NCBI GenBank assembly: GCA_036679605.1
Contig: JAZDCZ010000011.1
Coordinates: 32,001 to 96,000, forward strand
DNA from: Gemmatimonadota bacterium
GTDB taxonomy: Bacteria > Gemmatimonadota > Gemmatimonadetes > Gemmatimonadales > GWC2-71-9
Direction: 5' to 3'
DNA: 64,000 nt
How positions within the stretch are numbered: position 1 is the stretch's first letter; each line of letters begins with the position of its first letter. Shown here piece after piece: positions 49,903-60,606 of the stretch. A program made the translations under genes and the position numbers. The notes under the pieces are model-generated. The model was not told the origin of the DNA and searched no databases. It saw only the letters and a list, made by a program, of their open reading frames with translations.

Positions 49903-52011
49903 ATGCCGGATTCGTCGTCACCAGCGCGACCCTTCACGACGCTGTTTGCCATAGCTGTAGCGCTCGCGACCTCGATCCCGTCGTCGGTGGTTGGCCAATC
50001 CGCGGGCGAGGTGTCCGGTCGTAAGGTGATTACCTTTGCGGACCTTCAAACCATCCGAGGTGCGACGGGACTCAAGCTTTCCCCAGATGGCGAGCGCATT
50101 GTGTTTCAGCAAGGCGGGGCGATCTGGATCCTATCGACGGCGCCGGGTGGCGTGCCCCGCGAGGCTGCCACGGGATCTCATCCGACCTGGTCTCCCACGG
50201 GGACGGCGCTGGCGTTCTACGGAAGGTCCGCGGAGTCTAACGAACTGCAGGTCTTCAAGTACGACCTACTAGCAGATCGGAGAGAGCAGGTTACGAACGT
50301 GAAGGGCGGCGTGATCGCGGATAGAATCGACTGGTCCGTCGAGGACAAGCTCGTTTTCTCGGCCCAGGTGCCGTTCGACGCCACCTCGGATTCCGCTGCG
50401 CGCCCGGTACCTGAGCCGGCGTCGACCGAACGGGGAACGCCTCTGGTCCTGCGGCAGGGTAGTCCCGACGGTCACGCGCTCGCCGGCATCCTGGCCGCGG
50501 TCAGTGGGCCGCGCTCTCAGGTGGTGGAAACGGTGAGCGAGTTGTTTGTGCACGACTTGGCAGCGGGCGGGACGAGACAGTTGACCCACGACGCGGCCGG
50601 CTATTACAGTCCGGCATGGTCGCCCGATGGCGAGAGGATCGTGTGTGCCTCGCGGGACGGCGTTTACGAAGCCACGCTCTACCTCATCGACGGCGTCACC
50701 GGGGAGCGAACCCTTCTCGTGCCGGGCCTCGAGACGAAGAAGTTCAATCCCACTTGGTCTCCGGATGGCCGCCAAGTCGCCTACATCTATCACTCGTTCA
50801 CCGACAGTGACATCCATGGGGCCGCGGTCGTCGCGGCGGACGGAAGCGGGACCATTGGCGAAGGCTCCGGGGTGCTCTCAGCTCTGGTCGAGGATCTGGC
50901 CTGGTCGGCGGACGGCCGTTCGTTGTTGGTCAGCTACACCGACGGCGTCGCCAAGCCCGTCTTTAAGGTCGATGTCGCAACCGGCGAAACCCGGACGGTG
51001 GGCAGCGCCCACCAGGCGGCATTCACGGGCACGCTCACCGTCTCTCGCTCCGGTGCGGTGGCGTGGGCAGAGGGCCGAGGCGACACCCCGTTCGCGATGC
51101 GGCTGCTGCGTCCAGGGAGCAGCGAGGCCGAGGAGATCTACGATCCCAACCCGCAGGTACGAACCTGGGCGCTCGGCGAGCAGGAAGTGGTGCGCTGGAA
51201 GAACAGTCGCGGCCATGACCGCGCCGGCATCTTGATCAAACCCGCCGGATACGACTCAGGCGTCCGCTACCCGCTCGTCGTCTCGGCATACTCGCAGGGG
51301 ACCCATCTGAACGGCTTCCAACGAGTCACGGACCCGGGGTTCGCGAATCAGGCGTACGCGTCGCGCGGGTATGCGGTGTTCTTTCCGGGTCCGCGACTGC
51401 CCTGGATGTACGGAGCCGCAGCAAGGTCGGAAGCCGAGTCGGAGGCGATACGCGGTGCGGACGGTTGGGACCTGACCGTTGATGACGTCGAATCGGGTGT
51501 CGATGTACTGATAGAGCGAGGCATCGCCGACCCGGACCGCCTCGCCGTCATGGGCTATAGCAACGGTGGCGCGGCGGTGGCGGCGCTCATCACCAGAACG
51601 AGCCGTTACCGGGCCGCCGTCGCAGTGGCCCCGGCGAATCTCAACTGGGTTCAGCAGGCGCTGTTTCAGGACAACATGTCCGGGCGGTGGCTTTCTACAA
51701 AGACCTTCACCGGAATCGGCGAGGAGCTGTGGGAAAACCCCATGGCCTACGTGCGGGGTTCGCTCGTCTTTCAGATGCGTAACGTGGAGACACCGGTGCT
51801 GTTGGCCGTGGGTGATCTGGACCACCCGTCGTTCGCGCTGCCGACCATCGAGGCGTATCTGGCGCTACGCCGTGAGGGCAAGGACGTGACGTTGCTGCGG
51901 TATCCGGACCAACGGCACTCGTTCCATGGTCGTGCCCACCAAGATCTGCGAGACCGGATCATGGCCTTTGTCGAGCGACATCTCGCCCGGCAGGACGAGG
52001 CGGGGTCCTGA
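49903..52011 (+). CDS. S9 family peptidase with PD40 propeller
   Basis: WSPDG repeats, GYSNGG nucleophile, GDLD, YPDQRH. Confidence 0.92.
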   Translation: MPDSSSPARPFTTLFAIAVALATSIPSSVVGQSAGEVSGRKVITFADLQTIRGATGLKLSPDGERIVFQQGGAIWILSTAPGGVPREAATGSHPTWSPTGTALAFYGRSAESNELQVFKYDLLADRREQVTNVKGGVIADRIDWSVEDKLVFSAQVPFDATSDSAARPVPEPASTERGTPLVLRQGSPDGHALAGILAAVSGPRSQVVETVSELFVHDLAAGGTRQLTHDAAGYYSPAWSPDGERIVCASRDGVYEATLYLIDGVTGERTLLVPGLETKKFNPTWSPDGRQVAYIYHSFTDSDIHGAAVVAADGSGTIGEGSGVLSALVEDLAWSADGRSLLVSYTDGVAKPVFKVDVATGETRTVGSAHQAAFTGTLTVSRSGAVAWAEGRGDTPFAMRLLRPGSSEAEEIYDPNPQVRTWALGEQEVVRWKNSRGHDRAGILIKPAGYDSGVRYPLVVSAYSQGTHLNGFQRVTDPGFANQAYASRGYAVFFPGPRLPWMYGAAARSEAESEAIRGADGWDLTVDDVESGVDVLIERGIADPDRLAVMGYSNGGAAVAALITRTSRYRAAVAVAPANLNWVQQALFQDNMSGRWLSTKTFTGIGEELWENPMAYVRGSLVFQMRNVETPVLLAVGDLDHPSFALPTIEAYLALRREGKDVTLLRYPDQRHSFHGRAHQDLRDRIMAFVERHLARQDEAGS

Positions 52012-52148
52012 GTTGGGCCGGAAAACCTGAGCTGGCTGACGCAGCCTGATCGGGTTACCGTGGGTTAACGCGATCTGACAGGTCATGCACCAGTGCGACA
52101 TGCGGCAATACGAGTCGCACCGGGACACGAGGACCGGCCCATCTCTAG

Positions 52149-52173
52149 GTCTATCAACCGGACCTGGATAGAC
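52149..52173. promoter_or_regulatory. Dyad upstream of PadR
   Basis: GTCTATC-N11-GATAGAC. Confidence 0.5.
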
Positions 52174-52219
52174 GTCCAATAACCGGCAAGAGGTGAGCCG
52201 CACCAAAACGAGGTGAGAG

Positions 52220-52585
52220 ATGGCCAGGGCTCTCGGTGAGTTCGAGCTACTGATGCTGTTCGCGGTGCTCCGCTTGGGTGCCGGCGCGTACGGAGTCGCT
52301 ATCCGACAGGAGATCGCACGCCAGACCAACCGTGACGTGTCGGCTGGCGCCGTCTATACAGGGCTCGACCGGCTGCAGGCCAGAGGGTATGTGTCGTCCT
52401 GGGAGGCCGAGACTGCTCCTGCGCGGGGGGGCCGTCGTCGCAAGTACTACCAACTGGAGCCGGAGGGGGCCGCGGCTCTGGAACAGAGCTATCGGAACAT
52501 CCATCGGATGGCGAAGGGTATCCTGGCCGAGCTTGCAGATCTCAACGGAGCCCAGGGGCGCCTCACGGTCGATGGCAGCAAATGA
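52220..52585 (+). CDS. PadR family regulator
   Basis: LGEFELLML..AYGVAI..GAVYTGLDRL..RGGRRRKYY. Confidence 0.93.
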   Translation: MARALGEFELLMLFAVLRLGAGAYGVAIRQEIARQTNRDVSAGAVYTGLDRLQARGYVSSWEAETAPARGGRRRKYYQLEPEGAAALEQSYRNIHRMAKGILAELADLNGAQGRLTVDGSK

Positions 52586-55263
52586 GCTTTCGGCCTCCGC
52601 TTCTTGCCTGTCTCGTCCTCCGGCTCATCCCCCAGCCGCACCGCGACTATGTATCGGGAGATCTCCACGAGGAGTACGCCGAGTCCGTGCTACCTTGTCG
52701 CGGCCGCTTTGCCGCCTCGATGTGGTTTTTCGGTCAGTCAGTCCGGACGGTGATCGCATTTGTGCATAGACCGCCGATCACGATGCGGAGACGGACGAGG
52801 CTCTGGCCCGCTCGAGAGGTACGCTTCGCATACCGATCGCTTCGGCGGTGCCCGGGCTTCGCACTGCTGGCCGTCGCGACCCTCGCGGTAGGTATCGGCG
52901 CGACCACATCGGTGTTCAGCGCCGCCAACTGGATTCTCTTTCGACCCGTCCCGGGCGTGAGAAATCCAGGCGGAATCGTCGTCGTGTCGTTCCAGAACAC
53001 GGAGGGCGAAGCTACAGGTGTAAGCCGCGTCAATCTCCAGGATCTCGCCTCGTCCACCCCGGGGCTAACCCACATGGCGGGGCACACGACGCTCGCCATC
53101 CAGGCTTCCTCGGCAGTGCTCTCACCCATCGCGCTTCTGGGTGAGGCGGTCAACGGAGACTACTTCGAGCTCCTCGGCGTAAGGGCCGAGCTGGGCCGCG
53201 TCATCAGCCGCGCAGAAGCCGACGACGGCGTGTCAGAGGCCGTCACGGTGTTGAGCTACGATCTGTGGAACCGTGAGTTCGGGCGGTCACCGGACGTCGT
53301 CGGCTCGACGGTCCGGCTGAACGGCCATCCGTTTAGGGTCGTGGGGGTGACAGATCGTCGTTTCCAGGGTGTCGATCGCATGGCCAGCGTGGACCTGTGG
53401 GTGCCCGGCGCCCGTTACGCGGACCTACGCCACGCCCCTGCGGCGTTGGGTTGGACCACCGACAGCCGCGCGCCGAGGATCTTCACGGGCGTGCTTGGTC
53501 GACTCGCCGACGGGGTGAAGCCGGGCGTCGTTGAGAATCAGCTGAGGACGGCCATGGCAGGCCTTTCTGGAGCCTATCCCGACGAGAACGGGATCTACGA
53601 GGTATACGTCCCCACCGTGTTCGAGGGGATCGGCCTCGAGCCGTGGCTCCGCGGGAGCGTCACGGCCACAGTTCGCACATTCTTCGCCGTCGCTGCCATC
53701 GTCCTTCTCATAGGGTGCGCGAACGTCGCCAACCTCCTGATCGTGCGAGGCGTGAGGCGCAGATGCGAGATCGCTCTGCGCCGGGCGCTGGGGGCGGCCA
53801 AGGGACAGCTGTATCTGCAGCACCTTATCGAGAGTCTGCTCCTTTCGGTTCCGGCCACGCTTCTTGGGCTTTGGTTCGCAACGGCGTTAAATCGCTTCGT
53901 TTGGTCCGCCGGCTTCTTGACCACGGGTCCGCTCCCCACGATCGCAGTGGATGGGCGGGTGGCCGCCTTTGCTGGGGGGGTCGCGGTGCTCACCACCTTG
54001 TCTTTCGGCCTCGTGCCTGCGCTGGCGGCGTCGGGTGTGGACGTAGTCGAACACCTCAAGGTGTCGGCGCGTACCGCCTCGCGCAGGGTCACCCTCCTCC
54101 AGGGCTCTCTGACCGTCGTGCAGCTCGCGCTCTCGCTGTCGCTCCTGACCGCCGCCGTCGGTCTCGTGCGAACCGTCGTCAATCTCCATCACGTGGACCT
54201 CGGCTTCTCTCCCGAGGGCATCACGCTCTACACTCTGGATCCGGCGCCCCAAGGCTATTCGAGCGACGCCTTCGCGGACTTCCACCTGGATGTCCTCCAA
54301 GCGGTTCGGCGGGTCCCTGGCGTGACCGCGTCCGCCGCCGTCTACGAACCATTCAGCGGTCTGCTGACCTTCGTCCGCGTCAACCCACCGGACAAGAGTG
54401 CCGAGCCCATTCGGGTGCGCGGCAACTGGATAGCCGACGAATATTTCGAGGTCATGGGGATTCCGATCCTCGAAGGACGCGGATTCCGTCCGAACGCAAT
54501 CCGCTCGGGGTCCAGAGATGCTTCGGACGCAGCGATCCTGAGCGAGCGCATGGCCTACGACCTTTTCGGGCACCGAAGTGCCATAGGAAGGACTGTCACG
54601 GTAGGCTCGTTTTCCGGTACCGTGGTGCGACGGGTCGTGGGTGTCGTCGGAGACGTCGTGAGTTGGGATCGCCGGAGCAACCCTCCGGCGATGGTCTACC
54701 TTCCCCTTGCGGATATGCCCATTGGTTGGGCAACGCTCCTGATCAGGACCCCGATGCCGCGGGATGCTCTCGACCGGGCCGTGGTCGAAGCGGTGGCGGA
54801 CGTGGATCCTAACGTTCCCATCACTCGCTCGGATGCGATGACGAACCGAGTCGAGCGCAGCCTGGCCCAGGAGCTCTCGCTCACACGGCTTGTCCGGCTG
54901 CTCGCCGCCCTGGCTGCTGGGCTCGCCGGGGTCGGCCTCTATTCCGTCATCGCATACGTGACCGCCGAACGCACGAAGGAGTTCGGAATCCGAGTGGCGC
55001 TGGGCGCCAGCCGCGGAGGTATCGTCCGGATCGTCATGCGCCGGTCCTTGTTGTTCGGAGCCATTGGGGTCGTTTTGGGTGTCATGGCCAGCGCGGCTTT
55101 CTCGCAGGTGTTCAGGAACCGGCTTTTCGGAGTCGACGTGCTTGACCCGGCCAGCCTTGGCCTCGCCGCGGCCGCGTTGCTCGCGCTGAGCACCGCCGCT
55201 GCCGTGGCCCCAGCCCTGACGGCGCTGGGTGTCGATCCCGTGAAGAGCTTGGGGAGCGAGTAG
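52582..55263 (+). CDS. ADOP-type duplicated ABC permease
   Basis: LAVGIGATTSVFS, CANVANL, EFGIRVALGA; ATGA overlap with padR. Confidence 0.93.
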   Translation: MSFRPPLLACLVLRLIPQPHRDYVSGDLHEEYAESVLPCRGRFAASMWFFGQSVRTVIAFVHRPPITMRRRTRLWPAREVRFAYRSLRRCPGFALLAVATLAVGIGATTSVFSAANWILFRPVPGVRNPGGIVVVSFQNTEGEATGVSRVNLQDLASSTPGLTHMAGHTTLAIQASSAVLSPIALLGEAVNGDYFELLGVRAELGRVISRAEADDGVSEAVTVLSYDLWNREFGRSPDVVGSTVRLNGHPFRVVGVTDRRFQGVDRMASVDLWVPGARYADLRHAPAALGWTTDSRAPRIFTGVLGRLADGVKPGVVENQLRTAMAGLSGAYPDENGIYEVYVPTVFEGIGLEPWLRGSVTATVRTFFAVAAIVLLIGCANVANLLIVRGVRRRCEIALRRALGAAKGQLYLQHLIESLLLSVPATLLGLWFATALNRFVWSAGFLTTGPLPTIAVDGRVAAFAGGVAVLTTLSFGLVPALAASGVDVVEHLKVSARTASRRVTLLQGSLTVVQLALSLSLLTAAVGLVRTVVNLHHVDLGFSPEGITLYTLDPAPQGYSSDAFADFHLDVLQAVRRVPGVTASAAVYEPFSGLLTFVRVNPPDKSAEPIRVRGNWIADEYFEVMGIPILEGRGFRPNAIRSGSRDASDAAILSERMAYDLFGHRSAIGRTVTVGSFSGTVVRRVVGVVGDVVSWDRRSNPPAMVYLPLADMPIGWATLLIRTPMPRDALDRAVVEAVADVDPNVPITRSDAMTNRVERSLAQELSLTRLVRLLAALAAGLAGVGLYSVIAYVTAERTKEFGIRVALGASRGGIVRIVMRRSLLFGAIGVVLGVMASAAFSQVFRNRLFGVDVLDPASLGLAAAALLALSTAAAVAPALTALGVDPVKSLGSE

Positions 55264-55426
55264 CATTACGCCGTAAGTGCAAATGCGGGCTCTCGCGCGA
55301 AGGCACGCATCCAGGCAGCCGATCCAAATTCCTTACAACAATTGGTGTTGCGGACGCGTCTAAAGAGGAATGAAGGCGGAGCATTATGTGTAGGAAGACA
55401 ATGTCTATTTCCCCTGAGAGGCTCGC

Positions 55427-56842
55427 ATGAACCTAGTGCCGACGTCGTCCCGGATCGCCGTTGCCCTTGTTCTTCTCTTCGTGGTGCGGGTCACACCCCA
55501 GCAACCCGAGCGCTTGGGTCTCGCGACGACTCGGGACGGGTCTCTCAAGGGCTCGGTCATGCACGAGATCACGAACATGTCCGAGCTTCCGGCCACCGAG
55601 GTGCCGCTGAACGTGGGCAGGCTTCTGACCGTGATCTCCGTCCGGGGACCGGATGGCCGATCACTGGAGTTCGAGCAGAATGTGGCGGTCTTCACGGACT
55701 CGCCTCGCCAGCAGGTGACCCACGTTCGGATCCGTCTTCCACAGGCGCTCGAGCCTGGCGGGCAAACGCGCTTGACGCTCGAGTACGGAGGGTACCTCGT
55801 CGGCTACACGGAGACCGGATCGCTCTACATTCAAGATCGCATCCACGAAGATTTTTCCATCCTCCGGGAGGATGCTTTTGCCTGGCCGGCACTGGGCACG
55901 CTGACGCGCAGTGTGAACTGGGTCGCGCCGCGCTCGGATTTCGATTTCGTCGCACGGATGAACGTGCCCGACCGATTCACCGTGGCCAGCGGCGGAACAC
56001 TCGTGGAGCGGACCGTCCAGAATGGCCGCGCGACGTTTGTCTATGCGAGCGTCGCTCCGGTCCCCTTCCTGAACCTCCCGATTGCCGAGTTCGGGATGAC
56101 GGAGCGTGCCGGCGTTCGCGTTTACTTCCTCCCCGAGGACTCAGTGGGCGCTCAGAGAGTGTTGGAGCGTGCGGTCGGAGGCCTCGCGCTCCTGGAGAGT
56201 TGGTTCGGCCCTCTTGGTGTGGAACCCGACCTGGCGGTGATGGAGATCCCGGACATGTGGGGATCTCAGGCCAGCCTGACGGGGGGCATCATCCAGACGG
56301 CCAGTGCCTTCAAGGATGTGCGATACATGTCGCAGCTCTATCACGAACTCACGCACTTGTGGAATGCGCCGGACACTGATCGGCCCTCCGCCCGTTGGAA
56401 CGAGGGATTGGCCACCTACCTGTCGCGACGCATGGCCGCGCGGCTGGACAGTTGGGATGGCATGGAGAAGTACGCGCAGGACATTGTCACGGGGCTATTG
56501 GAGAACGCCGGGCGCACTCCCGAGGTAGCGGCTGTCCCGTTCGGGCGATACGGGGAAGCCGGCGTGACCGGACTGTCCTACCGAGTGGGCTTTCTCATGT
56601 TCTATCTGCTCCACGGATCCCTGGGAGACGAAGCCTTTGACGCCGCCGTGGGAGGTCACTACCAGGCGCACAGAGAGACGGGCGGTTCCTTCGAGGATCT
56701 GCTCGCGCGACTGGACGCGGCCGCCGACAAAGATCTGACGCCTTTCTTCCGGGATTGGGTGCATACGACGGCCTGGTATGACAGGCTCGCAGACGGGGCG
56801 AGCCTGTCCGAGCTCGGCCCTTCCTCCACCTATTCGCCCTAG
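55427..56842 (+). CDS. M1-like aminopeptidase (gluzincin)
   Basis: YHELTHLWN..WNEGLATY, DLTPFFRDW. Confidence 0.85.
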   Translation: MNLVPTSSRIAVALVLLFVVRVTPQQPERLGLATTRDGSLKGSVMHEITNMSELPATEVPLNVGRLLTVISVRGPDGRSLEFEQNVAVFTDSPRQQVTHVRIRLPQALEPGGQTRLTLEYGGYLVGYTETGSLYIQDRIHEDFSILREDAFAWPALGTLTRSVNWVAPRSDFDFVARMNVPDRFTVASGGTLVERTVQNGRATFVYASVAPVPFLNLPIAEFGMTERAGVRVYFLPEDSVGAQRVLERAVGGLALLESWFGPLGVEPDLAVMEIPDMWGSQASLTGGIIQTASAFKDVRYMSQLYHELTHLWNAPDTDRPSARWNEGLATYLSRRMAARLDSWDGMEKYAQDIVTGLLENAGRTPEVAAVPFGRYGEAGVTGLSYRVGFLMFYLLHGSLGDEAFDAAVGGHYQAHRETGGSFEDLLARLDAAADKDLTPFFRDWVHTTAWYDRLADGASLSELGPSSTYSP

Positions 56843-56899
56843 CCGGCTGTGGTCGCGTTACAAGAATGGCAACCGCATCTGATCCGGAACCAACCGGCG

Positions 56900-57111
56900 G
56901 CCCGTGCGAGGCGGAGCCCCAGAAACGACTGTTGAGTCAACTTCGAGAAATCGGCTTCGACGAGATCCTCTACGGATCGGACTGGACCTCTCCAAGATCA
57001 CTGTCCGAGCGACAGATGTTCTTGAGATTGGCCCTAATGGGGATCACCGACAGCGAATGGGAGATCATCCTGAGTAACCAGGCTCCATTTTTATTGCAGA
57101 CACCCCCATGA
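56900..57111 (+). pseudogene. C-terminal relic of an amidohydrolase-like gene
   Basis: LREIGFDEILYGSDW..EWEIILSNQAP. Confidence 0.5.
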
Positions 57112-57293
57112 TTCTCGCGGCAGGGCAAGGACCGTACATTCCTGCGTAAAGGGCGCCTTTGTTTGTTTCACCGGTGCCCGAATGACGCATGTGAGCTGTG
57201 GATCCTGGAAACCCGAATTGTTTTGGAGCTTCGCTATCGTGCCCACGAAGGCCGTGTATGAGAGTCGCAGTGATGGTCTGGTTCGAGTGCTAG

Positions 57294-59993
57294 TCACCCA
57301 TCGCGCAGTACCACGATCGGATCGACCGTCGTTGCGTGACGTGCGGGTAGGAATACAGCAACCATTGTGACTACCGCGACCGCGATGACTGCTGAAAGAA
57401 ACGCAGGTAGGTCATTGGGGCTGACACCGAACAGTGTGTCCTGTAGCGTACGGCTTAACACAAGGCCGGCCGGCACGCCTACAGCCACGCCGATCGCTAG
57501 CAGCAAGAGTCCCTGCCGTAGCACGAGAGCTAACACCCGTGGTGATGCTGCACCGAGCGCGATACGGATCCCGATTTCGCGTGCGCGGGTGGCGACTGCG
57601 TGCGCGATCACACCGTATGTCCCAACTGCAGCCAACACGAGGCCCAACGCACCCAACAGGTATACGGATACTGCAGTGGCTAGCGCAGGCGATAGACCGG
57701 CGCGCACCTGGCTTTCAAGCGTCTTGATGGCGTAAGCCGGCACGTTGGGATCGACCGCTGCGATCGCCCGCCGTACGGAAGAGGTCATCTCGGACATGTC
57801 GCCGCCGGCCGAACGGATATGATAGGTGAGACCTGATGAGTATTCGGGATCCAGCGGCAAGAAGATCGAAGGGCGCGGAGTTGTGAAGAGGGTTCTCCCC
57901 ACGTTCAGATCTTCGACGACGCCGATTACCGTCGTGCGCTCGGCCGTTGGTTCGCCTAGAATGAGCTGCTTGCCGAGTGCGTCTTGGCCTGGCCAGAATT
58001 GCAGCGCAGCAGTCTTGTTCACTATCACCGAACTTGACTCCTGCACATCTTGTGAACTAAAGTCGCGGCCCCGCAGCAGCGGGATCTTCATTGTCTCGAA
58101 GTATTTTGGCGTCACAACATTCCCCGTGACCCTTCGGGCGTGTGCTGAGTCGGTAGCCCCTTCCGGCCACACGTCAGTACCAAACCGCATTCGGCCGAAT
58201 GGCACTGTCCAAGCAGCGCTCACCGATGACACCGCAGGCGAAGCATCAAGTGTTTCGAGAACGAGCCTGTGGAACTCGGCGCCCTCAGGTCGGGCATACC
58301 CGCCAGGTGCGGGATTCACGGACGCGAGCAATACGTTCTGCGGATCGAAGCCGAGATCCAACGAAAGCTGCTTTACGGCACTGCGTCCGAGCAGACCGGC
58401 GCAGGAGAGGACCGCTACGGACACCGCTATCTGTGAGACCGACAGGACGTTTCTAATTGTCGTCGCTTCTTTACCGTGGGCGGCCCTACTGGTCTTGAGT
58501 GCAGTGCCGATGTCTGAGCGCGACGCGTGATACGCTGGTAGTAGGCCGACCAAGAACGTGAGTATGGGAGCGAGAACCAGGAGAAGCACAAGCACACGCG
58601 GGTCAAGCGTTATGTCCAAGTCGAGCGGCAAGATCCGAGAGAACCGCCAATTTCGTGCGAAGCCGTCGAGCCAACTTCCAGCTGCGCCCCCCAGTAGGAG
58701 AGCAGGGAAGGTGAGCACGACCGCCTCTATTGCTAGCTGTTGTACCAGCCGGATACGCGCCGCCCCAAGCGCAAGTCGAACCGCGATCTCTGCGCGGCGA
58801 GCGACGATTCTGGCCAGGAACATGTTTGCGACGTTCGCACAGGCCAATAGCAGTATCAGCGCGACCACCGCAGATAGCATGAGGGCCACAGCTGACAACT
58901 CACCACGGTTGCCGGGCCAAATCATCGCCTTGTTGGCGGGCATCAGCCTGGCGGTCCAGCCGCCTTGAAGCTCCGGGTACTGTCTGGCCAGGCCCGACGC
59001 GAACGCCTGGGTCTCACTCGTTGCTTGCTCGAAGCTTGCGCTGGGAGCGAGTCGGCCGACCGCCTCGATCGAATGATTCCCTCTTTGCATGAGGATATCA
59101 TCGGAGCCTTGGGGAAGCGCTTTGGCCCGCGCCGACAGCGGCAACCAGACCTGAGTAGTGCCACCGAGATCCAACCCCTCGAAGTCGTGAGGCGCCACGC
59201 CTACAACGATGAAACTTTGACCGTTCAGCGTGATAGCGGTGCCAATTACATCGGGGCTCTCGCCAAACTCGCGCTGCCACATCCGGTAGCTCAACACGAC
59301 CGTCGATTCGTCTTCGTTCTCCCCTTCCACAAAACCTCTTCCAAGTGCTGGCTTCACTCCCAAAACGGTGAAGTAGTTCCGTGAGACCAGCTGCCCATCG
59401 ATCCGATCGCTCCCGTTTCCTCGGTTCAGGTTCAGCGCGACATCCGCGTAGGCGGCGATCCCTGTGAAAGCCCGCAACCCTTCCGCATAATCGCGGTATG
59501 CCGGCAGGGACAGGCTGCTGTAGTACTTCTGCTCGATAGAGTACTGGAACAAGGAGACCAGTCGATCGGGATCCTTCACCGGCAGGCGGGGGAACAACGT
59601 CGCCATCGCCAGATTGAAAATGGCCACGTTGGCCGCCACTCCCAAGGTCAGTGTCATGACGGCCGCGCCGGCAAACGCGGGCCGCTTCAAGAAGCTCCGA
59701 ATGGCAAAGCGAAGATCCTGGACTATCGTGCTGGTCATGTTGCGCGGCCCTTGTGAGATCCAGCCCCTCCAAAGGGTGGCAACCGATGCGACCCGCTCCA
59801 GGAGTCCCGCTAGTGCGAAGTCAAACAAACTGACCATGAGATTGAAGATCCATTGAATCGGAGCTGCCTTCTCTGCCTCCCGGAGGTCACGTTCCAGCTG
59901 ACAGATCGCGTCATGGCCATACTCACGCCTGAAGCGACGCGGGTAGAGGAGCAGAAGCAGTTCGTGGAGAATCGATCTAGTCTTCTCCGACAC
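57294..59993 (-). CDS. ADOP-type duplicated ABC permease
   Basis: LYPRRFRREYG prefix, QDLRFAIRS, ACANVAN, REIGIRIALGA. Confidence 0.95.
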   Translation of the reverse strand: MSEKTRSILHELLLLLYPRRFRREYGHDAICQLERDLREAEKAAPIQWIFNLMVSLFDFALAGLLERVASVATLWRGWISQGPRNMTSTIVQDLRFAIRSFLKRPAFAGAAVMTLTLGVAANVAIFNLAMATLFPRLPVKDPDRLVSLFQYSIEQKYYSSLSLPAYRDYAEGLRAFTGIAAYADVALNLNRGNGSDRIDGQLVSRNYFTVLGVKPALGRGFVEGENEDESTVVLSYRMWQREFGESPDVIGTAITLNGQSFIVVGVAPHDFEGLDLGGTTQVWLPLSARAKALPQGSDDILMQRGNHSIEAVGRLAPSASFEQATSETQAFASGLARQYPELQGGWTARLMPANKAMIWPGNRGELSAVALMLSAVVALILLLACANVANMFLARIVARRAEIAVRLALGAARIRLVQQLAIEAVVLTFPALLLGGAAGSWLDGFARNWRFSRILPLDLDITLDPRVLVLLLVLAPILTFLVGLLPAYHASRSDIGTALKTSRAAHGKEATTIRNVLSVSQIAVSVAVLSCAGLLGRSAVKQLSLDLGFDPQNVLLASVNPAPGGYARPEGAEFHRLVLETLDASPAVSSVSAAWTVPFGRMRFGTDVWPEGATDSAHARRVTGNVVTPKYFETMKIPLLRGRDFSSQDVQESSSVIVNKTAALQFWPGQDALGKQLILGEPTAERTTVIGVVEDLNVGRTLFTTPRPSIFLPLDPEYSSGLTYHIRSAGGDMSEMTSSVRRAIAAVDPNVPAYAIKTLESQVRAGLSPALATAVSVYLLGALGLVLAAVGTYGVIAHAVATRAREIGIRIALGAASPRVLALVLRQGLLLLAIGVAVGVPAGLVLSRTLQDTLFGVSPNDLPAFLSAVIAVAVVTMVAVFLPARHATTVDPIVVLRDG

Positions 59994-60004
59994 AGCTAGC
60001 CGCC

Positions 60005-60355
60005 TTAACCTGTCAGCAGGCTGGCGCGCGCTACCTGGACCAGAGTTGAGAGGCGGTCGGTTTCCGCACGAGCGGCCCGGCTACCGAGTCGAGTCAGGCG
60101 AAAGTAGCGACGTCGTTCATCGTCCAACGCGGGATCCGGCCTGCGATTGGATTCCTCTATAAGGCCTAGATCGACCAACTGTCTAATTGACCGGTACAGT
60201 GTTCCTGCTCCAAGTCGGACCCTGTCATCGGTCCTGAGGGCAATTTCCTTCTTGAGCCCGTAGCCATGGCGGTCGCCGTCGTTTAGGGCCAGGAGGATCA
60301 GGTAAAGAGCCGGCTTCAAAGGCAGCAGGTTGTCTACATCGGGCTTTTTCTTCAT
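60005..60355 (-). CDS. PadR family regulator
   Basis: ILLAL..RHGYG..GAGTLYRSI..DDERRRYFRLT. Confidence 0.93.
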   Translation of the reverse strand: MKKKPDVDNLLPLKPALYLILLALNDGDRHGYGLKKEIALRTDDRVRLGAGTLYRSIRQLVDLGLIEESNRRPDPALDDERRRYFRLTRLGSRAARAETDRLSTLVQVARASLLTG

Positions 60356-60426
60356 ATGCACCTAGTTGGCTCTCTTTGGTACTCGAGGAATTACCGAATC
60401 CGGAAGAGTTTCTTGACCCGACCGGC

Positions 60427-60463
60427 TAGTACCAATGTGTATTACTAGTGCCATATTATATGT
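60427..60463. promoter_or_regulatory. TAGTAC-N6-GTATTA operator plus a half site 19 nt later
   Basis: TAGTACCAATGTGTATTACTAGTGCCA. Confidence 0.6.
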
Positions 60464-60606
60464 ATAGAGTTCCCCGTTTTCAAGTCGGCCGCTACTCGCG
60501 CGAGTATAGGTGGCTCGTCTGACATTTTCAGACATTCGCAAACAAATACGAGAACTCGCCTTCCTAACCTAGAGTGAATCCGCACTGGCCAACCTCCAGA
60601 GCTACT

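Noticed and set aside
53643..55266. Long alternative ORFs (also 104-1270, 15441-16091 and others)
   Set aside because: Shadow frames of real genes in GC-rich DNA, with no recognisable motifs
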